A stretch of 64,000 bases of DNA from Selaginella moellendorffii (lineage: Eukaryota; Plantae; Lycopodiophyta), in the NCBI RefSeq assembly GCF_000143415.4, contig NW_003314332.1, positions 310,001-374,000 of the forward strand, in the 5' to 3' direction. The notes beneath the pieces are model-generated. The model did no database searches. It saw only the letters and a list, made by a program, of their open reading frames with translations, and had not been told where the DNA came from. Positions 1 through 12,193 of the stretch are shown piece by piece. The position numbers and the translations under genes are program-made. Each line of letters opens with the position of its first letter. The stretch's first letter is position 1.

Positions 1-446
1 TTCGCTTCGTGAACTGGAGGCACTCTCAACGGCTCAATGTTGGAATATAGTTTTTGAACATCGCCATAGGTGAGGTCTGTGGATTCCATGTGATCTTCAT
101 AGACCCGCAGCGTCTTTGAAATTGTGGGCCTCTTGGACAACCTCTCCCTAGCTCCCTCTAGGAATTCCTCATAGCCGCTGCCCCCCTCCGGGAAGCCGCT
201 AGGATGTGCAAGGTGGATCTTGAAGGCAGACGCTGTCTCTACCACAAGTGCCAATCTATATTCTTGCATGGAACTGCATGGAGTGTCTGTCACTTGGATG
301 AGGATCCCCATGCATTCTTTTCTCCCACCATCTGTGTTGTACAGCCTCAGATCCTCGCCTTCCATCCCGAAAGTCCAACTGGTGAGCTCCTCCCCCTTCT
401 TTGCATCCACATTGATAGTGGCTGGAAGAAGAACGCAATTCCTTGC
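1..446 (-). CDS. Partial internal exon of an unknown, probably transposon-associated gene; runs off the window edge
   Basis: About 148 codons open on the minus strand (ARNCVLLPATINVDAKKGEELTSW...IEPLRVPPVHEA) after a ttctgaacAG acceptor at 447-448. It is absent from the ORF track because there is no stop within the window. Confidence 0.4.
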
Positions 447-1742
447 CTGTTCAGAAATGCACAACAATTAGAGCTGACAGATGAAAAGCTAGCAGCTGGA
501 AATAACATGAGGCCACACGCCATTCACCACTGCATCAGATGTCTTGAAGTTGCATCCTAAGATGGCGTGAGGCTACATGCCATCTGTAACCGAACTGCAC
601 TCAAGAGCCCAATCGGTGCATGCCAATGTTGCTACTGAATGGCATATGGCCTCATGCCATTTTCTACTTGGCCTAAAAGACTTACCATTTGAAGCCGAAT
701 GGAGGCGTGACAACCGGACTCGCTGGCGAATGTGCACTGTGTGTGCAGCGGATCGTAATAGCAAGGCTACTCTGCCACTTACAGTTGGAGAGTGGCGTTG
801 AAATCTCCCGGGACGCCAAGTGGGCTGCGTGTGGGTGGCGGAGTGGGCAGCGGAGTTGGCAGCGAAGTTATAAACTGGGTGTGTCTTGAAGTGGACGCCG
901 ATGCACACGAGCGCGATGCGAGCGCGAGTGTGATGCAAGCGCGAGTGGACGCCGATGCACACGAGAAACCTGTAGAGAAGGTAGATGAGCGCGAATGTGA
1001 GCGTGATTGCATGCACGCGAAATCCAAAAGAAAGATCATGATTGGGATATCATTTAATACCCTCGCTATATTTATACCATGCATGATTGGATATTCCAAA
1101 GCATCTTGTATTTCCAAAAATGCCAGATGTTTAGCTAAATAAATTGTCAGAGGATTTGATGTGACATTCAAGCGTGTGGGCTCATGCAATTTTGATCCCA
1201 AAAAATGCACCAAAAAATGCTCGGTGTCATCTGGCGTTATCTCTTGAATGGCGTGGGGCCGCATGCCATTTTCAGGGGCACATAGGAGTATATTCCTAGA
1301 ATATTCTGACACGCGCGAGATTGTTTTGAGTTTTCTGGAGATCCAACTGTTAGATCGCAACTAGATTTTACAGAATGGTATACAATGTTTTTCTTGATGA
1401 CCATGCAAAGAAGCATCTCGATCGGAAACCACATGAGACCACACAAGCCTTACAATATTTCAGGGGCATTTGCTATAGATCCGACCGTTATTTTGCTCCA
1501 AGATTCTACAGTTTGGTGTGCATTGACCTTTCCATCGACACTGCAAAGGGACATCACAATCAGATGCGGATCACAAGAAACCAACTTCACTAACTCTGGT
1601 TTCACCAAGATCTACGTAAGGAGTTATGAAATGAAAGGACCCTCTCTATTGAAATGTGTTTATGGTCCTAGGGGCATTGTGACATATCAAAGGATTTTGC
1701 ATCAAGTTCTGTATTTGCATGTTTATCAAGCTACTGAATTGC

Positions 1743-1769
1743 TAAACCCTTAAACCCTAAACCCTAAAC
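1743..1769. repeat. Short interstitial plant telomere-like repeat (TAAACCC)x3-4
   Basis: taaacccttaaaccctaaaccctaaac. Confidence 0.6.
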
Positions 1770-2569
1770 ATGTGGCAAATGCTGCGTGAAGAAAGATGCC
1801 CTTTCTGGGCAAATGCTGTAAGAGGTAGATGCCGAGCAGATGTATCTCAGGCTAGCGAAGGGGACAAACGAAAGCTAGCTATAAACATGACGGGATGCAA
1901 ATAGATTACTAGGCTGGTTCTGCGAAAATCAAAAACCATAATTGAAAACATTGAAAATGCAAAAAGAAAGGTTTATAATATTTTTGAATTTTAAGCAACC
2001 AAAGGAATGTAAGTAGGGCATGTGTTTGTAAGTTTAAAAATGCCTCAACCACTTAAATTCCCAAGTAAATAAAGTTGTTTCTATTTTTGGTACAGGTAAA
2101 CTTTATAGCGTGTGGGCTCATGCAATTTTGAACCCAAAAATGCACCAAAAAATGCTCAACTAGCATTATTCTTTGAATGGCATGTGGCCTTATATTGCCA
2201 TAAATGGACGTACACACACAGCATAATTATTCCTTTACATGGCGAATAATCTTGGCGCGGATCGCTGACACGGCATGGCAAAGTTCGAATCACTGACATG
2301 GCACAGCTGGATCGAGGCAAGGACATGATGTGACAAAGTTCAACCTTCGACAGCAAAGTCTAGAAGCTACTCAGTTTGAACTTTGTCAGAGGAATCATAA
2401 GATTTTGTTTGTCAGAGGATTTGATGTGACGTTCAAGCGTGTGTTATTTTTGAATTCTCGAACTCATTCCTAGGTCTATCATTTTTGTGCGCCGTGTTCT
2501 TGGTTCCGCTGAGTGCAGTGAGCGCTGCTTGTGTAAGTGGCGTTGTGAGCTGTGGTTTATGCATCTACA

Positions 2570-2700
2570 AGCGGTTGCGGCATTGCGAGCGCCATTGCGA
2601 GCGGCAGTTTATGCGAGTGGCAGTTTGTGCGAGCGGCACTACAAGCAGTTGCGGTGCTGCGAGCGGCGCTACGAGTAGTTGCGGTGTTGCGAGCGGCACT
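2570..2700. repeat. GC-rich minisatellite with 12-30 bp units
   Basis: tgcgagcggcactacaagcagttgcggtgc-like unit repeated about 3 times. Confidence 0.6.
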
Positions 2701-3145
2701 GTCTTTGGTGTGGCTACTGCTTCCTCTTGATATTCGGCACTTGTGCTTCCTGGTATGTTCACCATGGAATGGCTTAGGACCACATTTAGAAATGGCATGA
2801 GGCCACATGCCATCTTGGGCCCTTGCAATTTCATGGCTAGCGTATTGTCATGTATGTTTTTACTTGCCTGCAGCTGTGTGTATATCAAGATGGCATGAGG
2901 CCTCATGCCATCTTTGGCCCCTGCTAGCCTATTGCCATATTCCTTTTGCCTTGCTGCAACTGTATATATTTTTGTATGGGTGACTAGTCACGCACACAAA
3001 AATATATACAGTTGCAGCAAGGCAAAAGGAATATAGCAACAGGCTAGCAGGGGCCAAAGATAGCATGAAACTGAATAGGCTAGGAACAGCACCTCCTTTT
3101 GCAACAAGCAACTGTCGAGACCATTTGAACCTCCATCGCTATTTT

Positions 3146-3780
3146 CTACCTTTTCGATTCGTTGCTCAGATCCCTTTGGCTGCGCTTTAAGAAGGTGTAC
3201 TTTCTTTTCCCATGAAGAGATGTTCTGTCATCAGTTGTAGTGGTGTTTGATTGTGAATCCTTCACATTCTCAAACACTAAGTGCCTCAATTTCCACCGCA
3301 CAATGCTTCCAATAGTCAAACTGTTTTCTTCTGTATCAACAACCTCTAAAATCGCAACTCCAATATCATCCCAGCCCAATTCTTGATTAGCAACCGCATC
3401 TCTTGGATCGACAACTGTGGCTAAGCCCTCAGCTACCACCTCCCCCTCGGGGTTGTTTAGAAACACCTTTGCCTGAATCCATGTAGCACGGTTCTTAAAA
3501 TCCACAGAGGGAACATGCGTCGCACTTGCGCTGTCCCCAACATCTGCTTTCTTCTGAAGATTTTCAAGGCAACAACAACATTTACCCCGACGACCATCTC
3601 TCCTCGTTCAATAGTGACCACATTCCCATCGAAGACAGTCTCTACTGACACAGCAGCATTGCCTTCCCCAAGCCTTTGACAGTGTATAACAAAGTTCCGA
3701 TCCATAGACACAAGGGTCCCTTTTGCAACTCTCTTCCCACCATTCAAAATGTAAACCTTTTCCCCAACCCTGAAGGCCAT
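3146..3780 (-). mobile_element. CACTA (En/Spm) TnpA-associated gene fragment with two tandem Tnp1-like domains, split by a frameshift or intron
   Basis: ORF 3457-3780 (VAKGTLVSMD...HCQRLGEGNAAVSV) and ORF 3146-3505 (VVAEGLATVVDP...QELGWDDIGVAI) each match the VAxG..xDP..H..LG..V pattern of En/Spm Tnp1-like domains. Confidence 0.5.
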
Positions 3781-3897
3781 TCTGAAAATGCAGAAAAAAA
3801 GTTAAGACCATACAAAAAATGATTGGAGAATGGCCTAAATCATAACATACCAAACAACCTCAATAGCATCAGGCCACATGCCATTATTCAAACATGC

Positions 3898-4879
3898 TGG
3901 GTTCAAGTCCCGACCCCATACTAGGGCGTGGTGAGGTGAGGAGTATAGGGACACCTATATTCCATTGTCATGGGCTCTTGGCCGGGGAGGCTAACTTAGG
4001 CACACCACTAAGTGGGGGGATGCCCCCGGAGACATTCAACAAGTCGTAGGATAAAACGAGACGTTCGATGTGGGCATCGAACTTCTTCTATGGGTGGTGG
4101 AGTTGTAAGGAACCAACTCCCCGAGATGTCGTAGGCTAAAGGATCCCCAAAAGCTTGACCGAAATGACAAAGAGTTCATCGGATGGGACCAAGTCGAGGA
4201 TCGAGTCCAAGACCGACTCTAGGACCGAGTTTGAGATAGAGTCCGGAATCGAGTCCGAGACCGACTCGGGGACCGAGTTCAAGTTCGAGTTCGAGACCGA
4301 GTTCGAGACGGAGTCCGAGATCCAAAATCGGGTCTGAGACCGAGTCCGAGGTCGAGTCCGAGGTCGGGTCCGAGATCGGGTCCGAGATCGAGTCCGAAAT
4401 CGAGTCCGAGACCGAATCCGAAGTCGGATCCGAGATCGAGCCAGAGACTAAGTCCAAATACTAATACGGGTCAAGAGGTGAAAGCCCAAAGTGTGCGTCT
4501 CCCAGGGGGGGGGGGGCTGCAGGGGGTTCCAAAAGTATAGTAGGGATAGTGAGGTCCAGGAACCAGTTTTGAAGGGACACTCTAGTTGGGCTTCCAAACC
4601 GACTTGAGGTTAAGACTGGGACCAAGGGGCCTTGGGTGGGAGTGAGCATGGACTTGGCTGGTGCCGGAGGGGCCATCCAAGGAAGTGCTCAAGAGCAGCT
4701 CCCACTCCCGAAAGGGAAACCGACTGCGGTGCTCCGGGCTCAGGTGGAGTGGTGCCCCACTTGAGTACCTTGTGGCTCATTGGTCCTCGCCCTTCTGGGG
4801 GCTTGGGCCTTCCCTTCGGGATGGAAGAGGGGGGGTAGAGGTACCCATACCGGGCCGTTAGGCCACGGTGTTTCGCCCC
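3898..4879 (+). mobile_element. Fragment of the family-A Gypsy LTR/3' region, inverted relative to the adjacent pol
   Basis: Reverse complement of ~35165-36148; contains the shared LTR core gtgaaagcccaaag..Gn..ggggttcc. Confidence 0.8.
4185..4460. repeat. 6/12-bp tandem repeat (gagtccgagatc-like) inside the family-A LTR
   Basis: Visible periodicity; homologous array at ~35605-35860. Confidence 0.85.
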
Positions 4880-7800
4880 CGCCACTTATCTCGATCTGAG
4901 ATGATCTCTTCCGGTCTTCCCCGCACTCGAACCACTTGTTCGAAGAACAACTTTGCCACACCTTCCGCATCCACCTCCGTTGTGGTGGGTATGAAATGTG
5001 CCATTTTCGAAAATCGGTCCACCACCACGAATATCGCATCAAACCCCTCGCTTGGGGGGAGTCCCGTGATGAAGTCCATCGTAAGACATTTCCACGGGCG
5101 ATCTAGAATTGGGATGCTTTGCAACAAGCCCCCACTAGCCTTAGTCACGGCTTTTACCTGCTGACATGTTGGACATGTCTTTACATAGTCTTGGACGTCC
5201 TTAGCCATATCTGGCCAATGGTACTTCCTTTTGAGTAAGCCCATCGTCTTGGGCACTCCACCGTGTCCCACAAGAGGTCCGTCATGACACTCTTCTAAGG
5301 CCACCTTCCTTAGTTCCCCTTCTGGAACATACACCCTCGTTTGCTTGTAATAAATGAGTCCGTTGCGTTCCGCATAGCCCGTTTTCTCTTCCATTGGCAG
5401 CTCACCTCTCTGGTGAGCTTCCCGCGCCTCTAGATTCCTCAGCAACACTTCCTGTGCTAGACCATCGTTCTCATATGCTGTCCGCACATCGTCCCAGAAG
5501 GTTGCTGTTGCACTGGATATTGCCAACCTCAAGCTCGCTTTTCGACTTAGCGCATCCGCCACGATGTTGCTCTTCCCAGGCTTGTACAGAATTTCGCAAT
5601 CAAACTCGGCCAAGGCATTGGCCCACCGACCTTGTTTCCCTCTTAGGTCTGGCTGTGACAAGAAGTGTTTCGTTGCCACATTGTCCGTGTAAACCTTGAA
5701 GTGTCTCCCAAGGTAGTGTCGCCACTCCTTGAGCGCCTTGACCACCGCAAACAATTCCTTCTCGTGGGCAGGCCACTTCCGTTGAGCCTTGTCCAGCTTC
5801 TTCGAGAAGAACGCTACCGGATGGTTGTCTTGCTTCAAAACTGCGCCCAACGCAAAGTCCGAAGCATCCGTTTCTACCTCAAAGTCCTTACCAAAGTCTG
5901 GTAATGCCAATACGGGAGCCTTCCTCAACTTCCCTTTGAGGTGGACGAATGCCGCCTCGCATTCCGCTGTCCACACCATCTTCCCTTTTCCTGTTTGGTC
6001 CGTTAAGGGTAGGGCTACTCTCGAATAGTGTCTGATAAACTTTCGATAGTAGTTGCATAGCCCCAGGAATGCCCTCAACTCGTGTATATTGGATGGTCGC
6101 TCCCATTCCTGGATCGCTTGGACCTTCTCCGGGTCCACCTTGAGCCCGTCCTGGCCCACCACATGCCCGAGAAACTTTACCTCTTGTTGAGCAAAGTCAC
6201 ATTTGCTCTCTTTAGCATACAGCTTGTGTTCCCTTAGTTTCTCAAACACCTTCGCCAAGTGTTCGGCATGCTCCTCTAGCGTCTCGCTATAGATCAGGAT
6301 GTCATCGATATAGACGACCACGAAGTGATCCAGATAGGGTACAAAGATGTGGTTCATTAGCGCCGAAAACGTTGCCGGCACATTACATAGCCCGAAGGGC
6401 ATCACCAGAAACTCAAAGCTCCCATACCTCGTTCGACAGGTTGTCTTCTCGACATCTTCCTCGGCTACCCTGATCTGGTAGTATCCTGACCTTAGGTCAA
6501 TCCTCGAGAAGTATTTTGCCTTTCCCAACCTATCGAACAGGTCCTCAATCCTTGGCAAAGGGTACTTGTTCTTCTTTGTATACTTGTTGAGCAACCGGTA
6601 GTCTATGCACATGCACATAGATCCATCTTTCTTTTTCACAAATAACACCGGCGCCCCATACGGCGACTTGCTCAACCTAACATACCCTTTGTCCACCAAC
6701 TCCTCTAGTTGGCACTTGAGCTCCTTGAGTTCTTTTTCATTCAAACAATAAGGGGGACGAACCACTGCCTCAGCACCCTCGACCAGCTCAATCTTATGTT
6801 CTATCGGTCCTGCTGGGGGCAGCCCCGCCGGTAGCTCCTCCGGCATGGTATCCTGGAATTGGTCCAACACCCGCTGGATCACTAAAGGTACTTCTTCCAT
6901 TCCTGTCTTTTTGTCACTCTTCACCGAGAGTAAGCACAAAAAGGCCGCCTTAGTTCCTTTAGTGAGTTGTCCTCTCGTGGACACCAGGTTTAAGCAGGAA
7001 TCTTTGGCCTTGCTTTGCCCTACCTTTAGATCTTGGGCCTCCACCCTAGATCTTCTTCCTTGGGCATTCGCCAGTACCACAAGGTTTCTACCTTGTCCAT
7101 GCAGGGCTACCATGAATCGATTGAACCAGTCCATTCCGAAGATCACGTCAAATCCCGCCATGTCCAACACGGTGAAGTCCATGTCCACCTTCCAAGTCCC
7201 CACTTCGACTCTCGCTTGTCGAAGTACCTCATCGGTGCTTTGGCTACCTTGAACAAACTCTATAGTCCTTGGTTCGCCTAGCCGCTGCACCGTTAGTCCG
7301 GCTTGCCGGACTATGTCTGCAGCCACAAAATTATCCGAAGCACCCGTGTCAATAAGGATTTTAACAAAGCTACCTCCGAGCTTCCCTCGGAGGGCTAGTA
7401 GATGTCGCGAACGACTCTTTACCAAAGTTGCTCGTGTAATGAGTAACTTTGAGTTAGGGACTGGATCACATACCTCTGTTTGGACTTCACTCGACTTGAT
7501 GGCCATATTGGCTCTGGCCTTCTTCGGGTAGGGACATTCCCTCGAGAAGTGTCCCGCTTCACCGCAGTTGTAGCATACGTTGTTTCCCACGCTGCTATAT
7601 GACTTGACCTTCTTATCCGTGGGTTTGTCTCTTTTCGCTTGACTCCCCCACGTACTCGCTCGCTGGCCACCGGATCTGCCTTTCCGGAACCTCGAGGACT
7701 CATTCTTAGAGAAACTCTTCTTGAATTTCCCTTTGCTAAACGTTCCCCTTGGTTTGGCCCCTTTGCTAAACGTGGATCCCGACCCCATCGTGTTCCCCTT

Positions 7801-8322
7801 TCGCAGGTTATCGTTGAAATGCACCTTGATGGCCGCATCCAACGCTTCTTTGTAGTTGGTCGGGTTCCACCGCATTACGTCGCTGCGAGCCCAGGTTTGC
7901 AAACCTGATATGAAGGCATGGAACGCATCCATATCCCCCATGTCTGTGACAAGTATCCTCTTTGCCATAAACCCATTCACATACTCCTGAATGGTTCCGG
8001 TCTGCTTCAGCCTACTCAGCTCATCCCTTAGATGCAGAGTAGCATTCGGAGGAACGTAAGTTGCGCGGATCCTCGCCTTCATCATTTCCCAAGTGGCCAC
8101 TAGTCCTTCGTTGGCCTCTGTCGTTCTCCACCAAGACTTGGCATTATCTGCCAAGTATGGTTTTGCACATGGGACCTTCTCCGAGCTTGGTAATCGCAAC
8201 GCTCGGAAATAGTCCTCCATATCGTAAAACCAATCCTCCACCACCTTATAGTCGTTCACTCCCTTGAAGACCTGTGGGGGCTTTGGTTTGTACTTGGGAA
8301 CTGCCTGAGGGACTGATTCCAC
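4858..8322 (-). CDS. Ty3/Gypsy gag-pol polyprotein (gag, CCHC knuckle, aspartic protease, RT, RNase H, integrase truncated in the core)
   Basis: [80 protein letters not shown]. It ends abruptly at IISDRD where it joins an inverted LTR piece. The true gag start is probably near 8674, with a frameshift (~8515) and an in-frame TAG (~8330) upstream of this ORF. Confidence 0.95.
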   Translation of the reverse strand: MESVPQAVPKYKPKPPQVFKGVNDYKVVEDWFYDMEDYFRALRLPSSEKVPCAKPYLADNAKSWWRTTEANEGLVATWEMMKARIRATYVPPNATLHLRDELSRLKQTGTIQEYVNGFMAKRILVTDMGDMDAFHAFISGLQTWARSDVMRWNPTNYKEALDAAIKVHFNDNLRKGNTMGSGSTFSKGAKPRGTFSKGKFKKSFSKNESSRFRKGRSGGQRASTWGSQAKRDKPTDKKVKSYSSVGNNVCYNCGEAGHFSRECPYPKKARANMAIKSSEVQTEVCDPVPNSKLLITRATLVKSRSRHLLALRGKLGGSFVKILIDTGASDNFVAADIVRQAGLTVQRLGEPRTIEFVQGSQSTDEVLRQARVEVGTWKVDMDFTVLDMAGFDVIFGMDWFNRFMVALHGQGRNLVVLANAQGRRSRVEAQDLKVGQSKAKDSCLNLVSTRGQLTKGTKAAFLCLLSVKSDKKTGMEEVPLVIQRVLDQFQDTMPEELPAGLPPAGPIEHKIELVEGAEAVVRPPYCLNEKELKELKCQLEELVDKGYVRLSKSPYGAPVLFVKKKDGSMCMCIDYRLLNKYTKKNKYPLPRIEDLFDRLGKAKYFSRIDLRSGYYQIRVAEEDVEKTTCRTRYGSFEFLVMPFGLCNVPATFSALMNHIFVPYLDHFVVVYIDDILIYSETLEEHAEHLAKVFEKLREHKLYAKESKCDFAQQEVKFLGHVVGQDGLKVDPEKVQAIQEWERPSNIHELRAFLGLCNYYRKFIRHYSRVALPLTDQTGKGKMVWTAECEAAFVHLKGKLRKAPVLALPDFGKDFEVETDASDFALGAVLKQDNHPVAFFSKKLDKAQRKWPAHEKELFAVVKALKEWRHYLGRHFKVYTDNVATKHFLSQPDLRGKQGRWANALAEFDCEILYKPGKSNIVADALSRKASLRLAISSATATFWDDVRTAYENDGLAQEVLLRNLEAREAHQRGELPMEEKTGYAERNGLIYYKQTRVYVPEGELRKVALEECHDGPLVGHGGVPKTMGLLKRKYHWPDMAKDVQDYVKTCPTCQQVKAVTKASGGLLQSIPILDRPWKCLTMDFITGLPPSEGFDAIFVVVDRFSKMAHFIPTTTEVDAEGVAKLFFEQVVRVRGRPEEIISDRDKWRGRNTVA

Positions 8323-8718
8323 TTCGGTCTATTCGACCTTGTCTGGTTTTGCCTCAGTCCCTGCCGAAGGGTCTGCACCTTCTGCGCTGCCAGCATCCGC
8401 AGTCTTTCGCTTTTTCTTCCGCTTCTCGTCACGCTTTAGCTTGCGTACGAGAGTCTCTAGCAGGGCATTGGTCTGTGCCAATTGTCCTTCTAGAATCTTC
8501 TTTTGTTCGAATTGTCAACCGAACCTCACCACTAGACTCCTGTTTGGAACTTGCCTCACTGGAGTCCTCCTCATGCAAGGATTCCTCATCCATCGCCTCC
8601 TGTTCGACCGGAGGCTCCAGCTCTGGAGGAGGTTCCATCTCTGCCTGGGTTCGCTTACGTCCTGCCCTTGCCATCTCCCAGCAATCCGCCTCTATCCTTC
8701 GCTAGAACTGAGGAAGAG

Positions 8719-8730
8719 GCTCCGATACCA
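8719..8730 (-). promoter_or_regulatory. Primer-binding site (tRNA-iMet type) of Gypsy element A1
   Basis: Minus strand TGGTATCGGAGC, 3 nt after the LTR-terminal CA. Confidence 0.9.
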
Positions 8731-8733
8731 AAT

Positions 8734-8928
8734 TGTAAGCTCCTGAATTTGGACTTCCCGGGAGGTCACCCAGCCCAGTACTATTCAAACCCAAGGACGC
8801 TTAACCCCAACTATCCCAAGACCCTTAACCGATTGGAAAAGGGGGTGCACTCTTGTTCATAGGCCCTTTCCCTCTATATTTGAACCCCTATGGATCGTCT
8901 CTCGAGTCGTTTCCTTTGGTTGCTTACA
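8734..8928 (-). mobile_element. 195-bp Cassandra-type LTR with a 5S rRNA-derived segment (8751-8805), positioned as the 5' LTR of Gypsy A1
   Basis: TGTAAGC...GCTTACA termini. About 12 differences from the TRIM LTRs at 13779-14772. Minus strand GTTAAGCGTCCTTGGG...AGTACTGGGCTGGGTGACCTCCCGGGAAGTCC resembles the 5S A-box/IE/C-box region. Confidence 0.9.
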
Positions 8929-11900
8929 TTGAGATGTTGGTACCCATACTATAGCTTTGTCTATGAAGAGGTTGTGTACCAATATGAGTCCATCTTATGG
9001 TCTTCACTCTAGTTTCGACTAAGTGTTGATCATGCATAGCTAGCTTCTTCAAGGCATGCTCAGAGCTATTGACTAGATGTGTTGGTGAGCTTATCGCGGT
9101 TGAGCTGGATTTGAGTGGTCATTTAGTTCGTGCTTGTTCATGAACCTTTATCTCATACCTAGGGTATTATGTTCATGTTGAATGAGTGTGTGACTCGATG
9201 GCATGAGTTTACTGTTTGGGTCTTGTGAAGGCAAGTTGAAGAGTGATTGTTAGTTGCTTTGCAACTAGTGATTACTTGTAAACTTAGTCGAGGATTGTTG
9301 ACACTTGCTTCATTTGATGAAGATTTATTAGTGATGGGTTTGCTTTACCGGATGGTGCTGCGAAGGATCGTATCATTAGACTTACATGGGTTTTCCATGT
9401 TGGCATATCGATTCTACCTCTGTCGATATCATTTGGTTGCATTTAGTTCATAATTTGGATTTCATTGAATGGTGATTCACTTCTTGAGGAAGTGTTATCT
9501 GTAACTGAGTTTTGCTGAAGGATTAGTCTCGGATACTGAGTAAAGTATTTTCGACCTGGGTTAATTTAGTTGCAAAGGGAGTTTTGAGTCGTGATTCACT
9601 TGTGCTTTCTTCTAGCTTTGTTATGGTGTTGATGGCATTGAAGTGATGCTTTGTCATTGACATTGTTGTTGAAATTCAAGTGAGATGAGATATCTCTCCT
9701 TAGGATTGATAGAGTTTTATTAATCTTGATAAAGATAATGTTGATAATTTGGTTATAACTTTGCATTATTGACATTCATGCATTTGCTAGTTAGCAACTA
9801 TGTTGGCATTTTAATGAACTGAGTGGCAATTTTGAGTTAGTTGTGTTCTAAACGAGATTATTTAGTAAAGGGTTGAGCTTTGGCTTTTCCTTGAAAAGTG
9901 ATTTAATCATGGATTACACTAGCTTTACAAAAGGATGAGTTAGTGATTGATATTGGAATATTTAAATCCTTGTTAGTTTTAAGTTGGGATATATTGATCA
10001 TTGATGATTCTTTTTGTGTTTGTTATAAAGTGAGTTATGTCTTGCTATAGATGGATTCATGGAGGATCGTTTCATGATCACTTGTTGAGCATAGCTCCAT
10101 TATGCTTAACTTTTGGATTGATGTAGATGTACTCTTCATTAGCTTTGCATTATGAAGCTTAGCTTCTGGATATATTGAGGAGTGGCTATAGACTTCTTCG
10201 AGCTTTTGATTCCTTGAGTTTTTATACTTATTGTTCCATTTGTTAGAAGTTGTTGGGAAAGGCATTTTGGGCTCATTAGTTTTAATGTTGAAGTTGGCTT
10301 TTGCATCTAGCAATCATTGGTGATGATTGACTATCATCGTAGATAATTGATTATCCTTGTCAAAGATTTTTGCTTGATTATTATTGATATAGAATGATTT
10401 GCCATTCTGCGGGGTGGTAGATTCCTTCTTTGAAGATGATTATGCACATCTCTTTTGATGGGATGATTGATGATCTTTCATGATGGTTAGTTATGTTATT
10501 TGATAGCTTATGGCTTTTCGCAATACCACATGTTCTTTGTGGTTTGCTCTGGATTGGTCTCTAGGGTTTGAGACATCAATAGGATGTTACTGACACTTGC
10601 TTAGGCAACTTGAGTTCCTTGGTGTTATTGGCTAGGATCTATCTGGATTAGCTAATGCGATAATTGGCATGAATGGGTGTTTGTTGGTCTTACCACATTC
10701 ATTTTATTCTATTGATTGTTGCTTGAGTTAGTTTTGATAGATTTAGATGTTATTTCCTTTGAGTGATACATTCGCGAGTATTGTGCTTGTTAGTCAATAA
10801 TACTTTGTGTTCTTTGAGTTCTCTTTAGTAAATTGTTTGGCATACTATTTACCATTTTCTAATATATTGATAAATTGATATTGATATATAATTTGATAAA
10901 ACTAGTTAAGTTTTATCATTGAGTTTTCTTGATGATACGCTGGCTATTGAATTTTGTAGGATGGTGAATCTTATGTTTTCCAATGATAGTGATCTTGGTG
11001 GTTCCTATCCTATAATACTAGTTTATCGAATGATAACTTACTTGGAATATTTTTGTGTTCTAATCTAAGATATATTCACTGATAATTAAGTCTCTAAGAT
11101 ATCATTGTCTCTGACTTTGATATTGTCCATCTATTGATCATTGAGTTTGGGCTAGTAATGGGCAAACTGGCTTCGACACTTTGTGTATATGCTAAAATCT
11201 TTAGTCATGGGGTAGCTACTATCGACTGGTCATATAACCCGCCTCTCTGTCGATATTCCTTATTCCGTTGAAAGGGCGTGACCATGTAAACAACTCTAAC
11301 TGCCTGTTTACAGTAGTCTATCTAAACCTTACCGACGGGTTTGTTATTGGCTTGCACTTGCTAGTATCAAGAACCGCCACGATATTGAGATTGGTCCCTC
11401 AATATTTGCTAGATGATAGCTTACTATATCTACCAAACGCCCTTGCTATCATATCCTTTGTGTTAGTCTCATTTTGGTCCCAAATGCTATTTATGGAAAG
11501 TGTCTAGATTTGCTCATTTGGCATATCTACGAAATGTAGAGATTGGCTTAAACATAATGGTGTTCGTCCTGTATCCAAATTTGCAATCTAGTGTCATTCC
11601 ATATTTAGTAAGTTTCAAGCGAAAGCCCAAAGCATGTGTTCCTCAAGGGAAGGGGGGCAGGCTATGGGGGGTTCCAAATGTATAGTAGGGATAGTGGGTA
11701 GGTCAAGCATGGCCGACCAACCTGAGGCATAGTCTAGCTCCCGCTTGCATGCCTGTCCTTGTTCTACGTCCAGCTTGGGTCAAAGCCTAAGTTCTATTCT
11801 ATGCTAGCTGGTGGAGTACCCATGTCCTTGCGTTAGGCCACTGATATGCCGAAATAGTGCCAGACTCTGTTTGGCTCCGTTTTGCGTGCTGGTCTTGGCA

Positions 11901-12193
11901 ATGGGATGTTGGTTGCTCTAGGACTGTTCCAAGTTGCTCCGAGCTCCTGTCCCTTCACTCCTTGGGCTATATGCTCGGAAGTTGCTCCGTGGTCCGGTTC
12001 TATCACTCCTTGGCTCTATGCTTGGGAGTTTGGCACCGTTCCTTTGTTCAGTGGCCCAAGGCCCTGAACCTCGGGTTCCATACCACTGTCTTATGGATAT
12101 GTGGCATGTGACATGTGGCATAAAGAGGGTTTAGATTCCGCTTCGTTATGGTAAATCACTATAGAATAAAGGGTAAAAACCACATGCGCTGCA
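8929..12193 (+). mobile_element. Family-C LARD-like LTR element: internal region plus internally deleted 3' LTR
   Basis: 8929 onward matches ~32080-33486 directly and 46500-48835 in reverse complement. ~11360-12193 matches the LTR at 28726-29871 and ends catgcgct(g)ca. Confidence 0.8.

Larger units (their letters stand above)
505..3884. repeat. Dispersed palindromic motif ATGGCATGAGGCCTCATGCCAT, about 11 degenerate copies
   Basis: Copies at ~506, 561, 638, 1171, 1247, 1432, 2107, 2176, 2791, 2887 and 3864. The 2887-2914 copy is a perfect 28-bp palindrome. Confidence 0.8.

Noticed and set aside
1743-1769. Chromosome end or telomere
   Set aside because: Only 3-4 units, and they are interstitial
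4155-4457. Low-complexity ORFs rich in ES/DS
   Set aside because: Translations of the 6/12-bp tandem repeat in the family-A LTR
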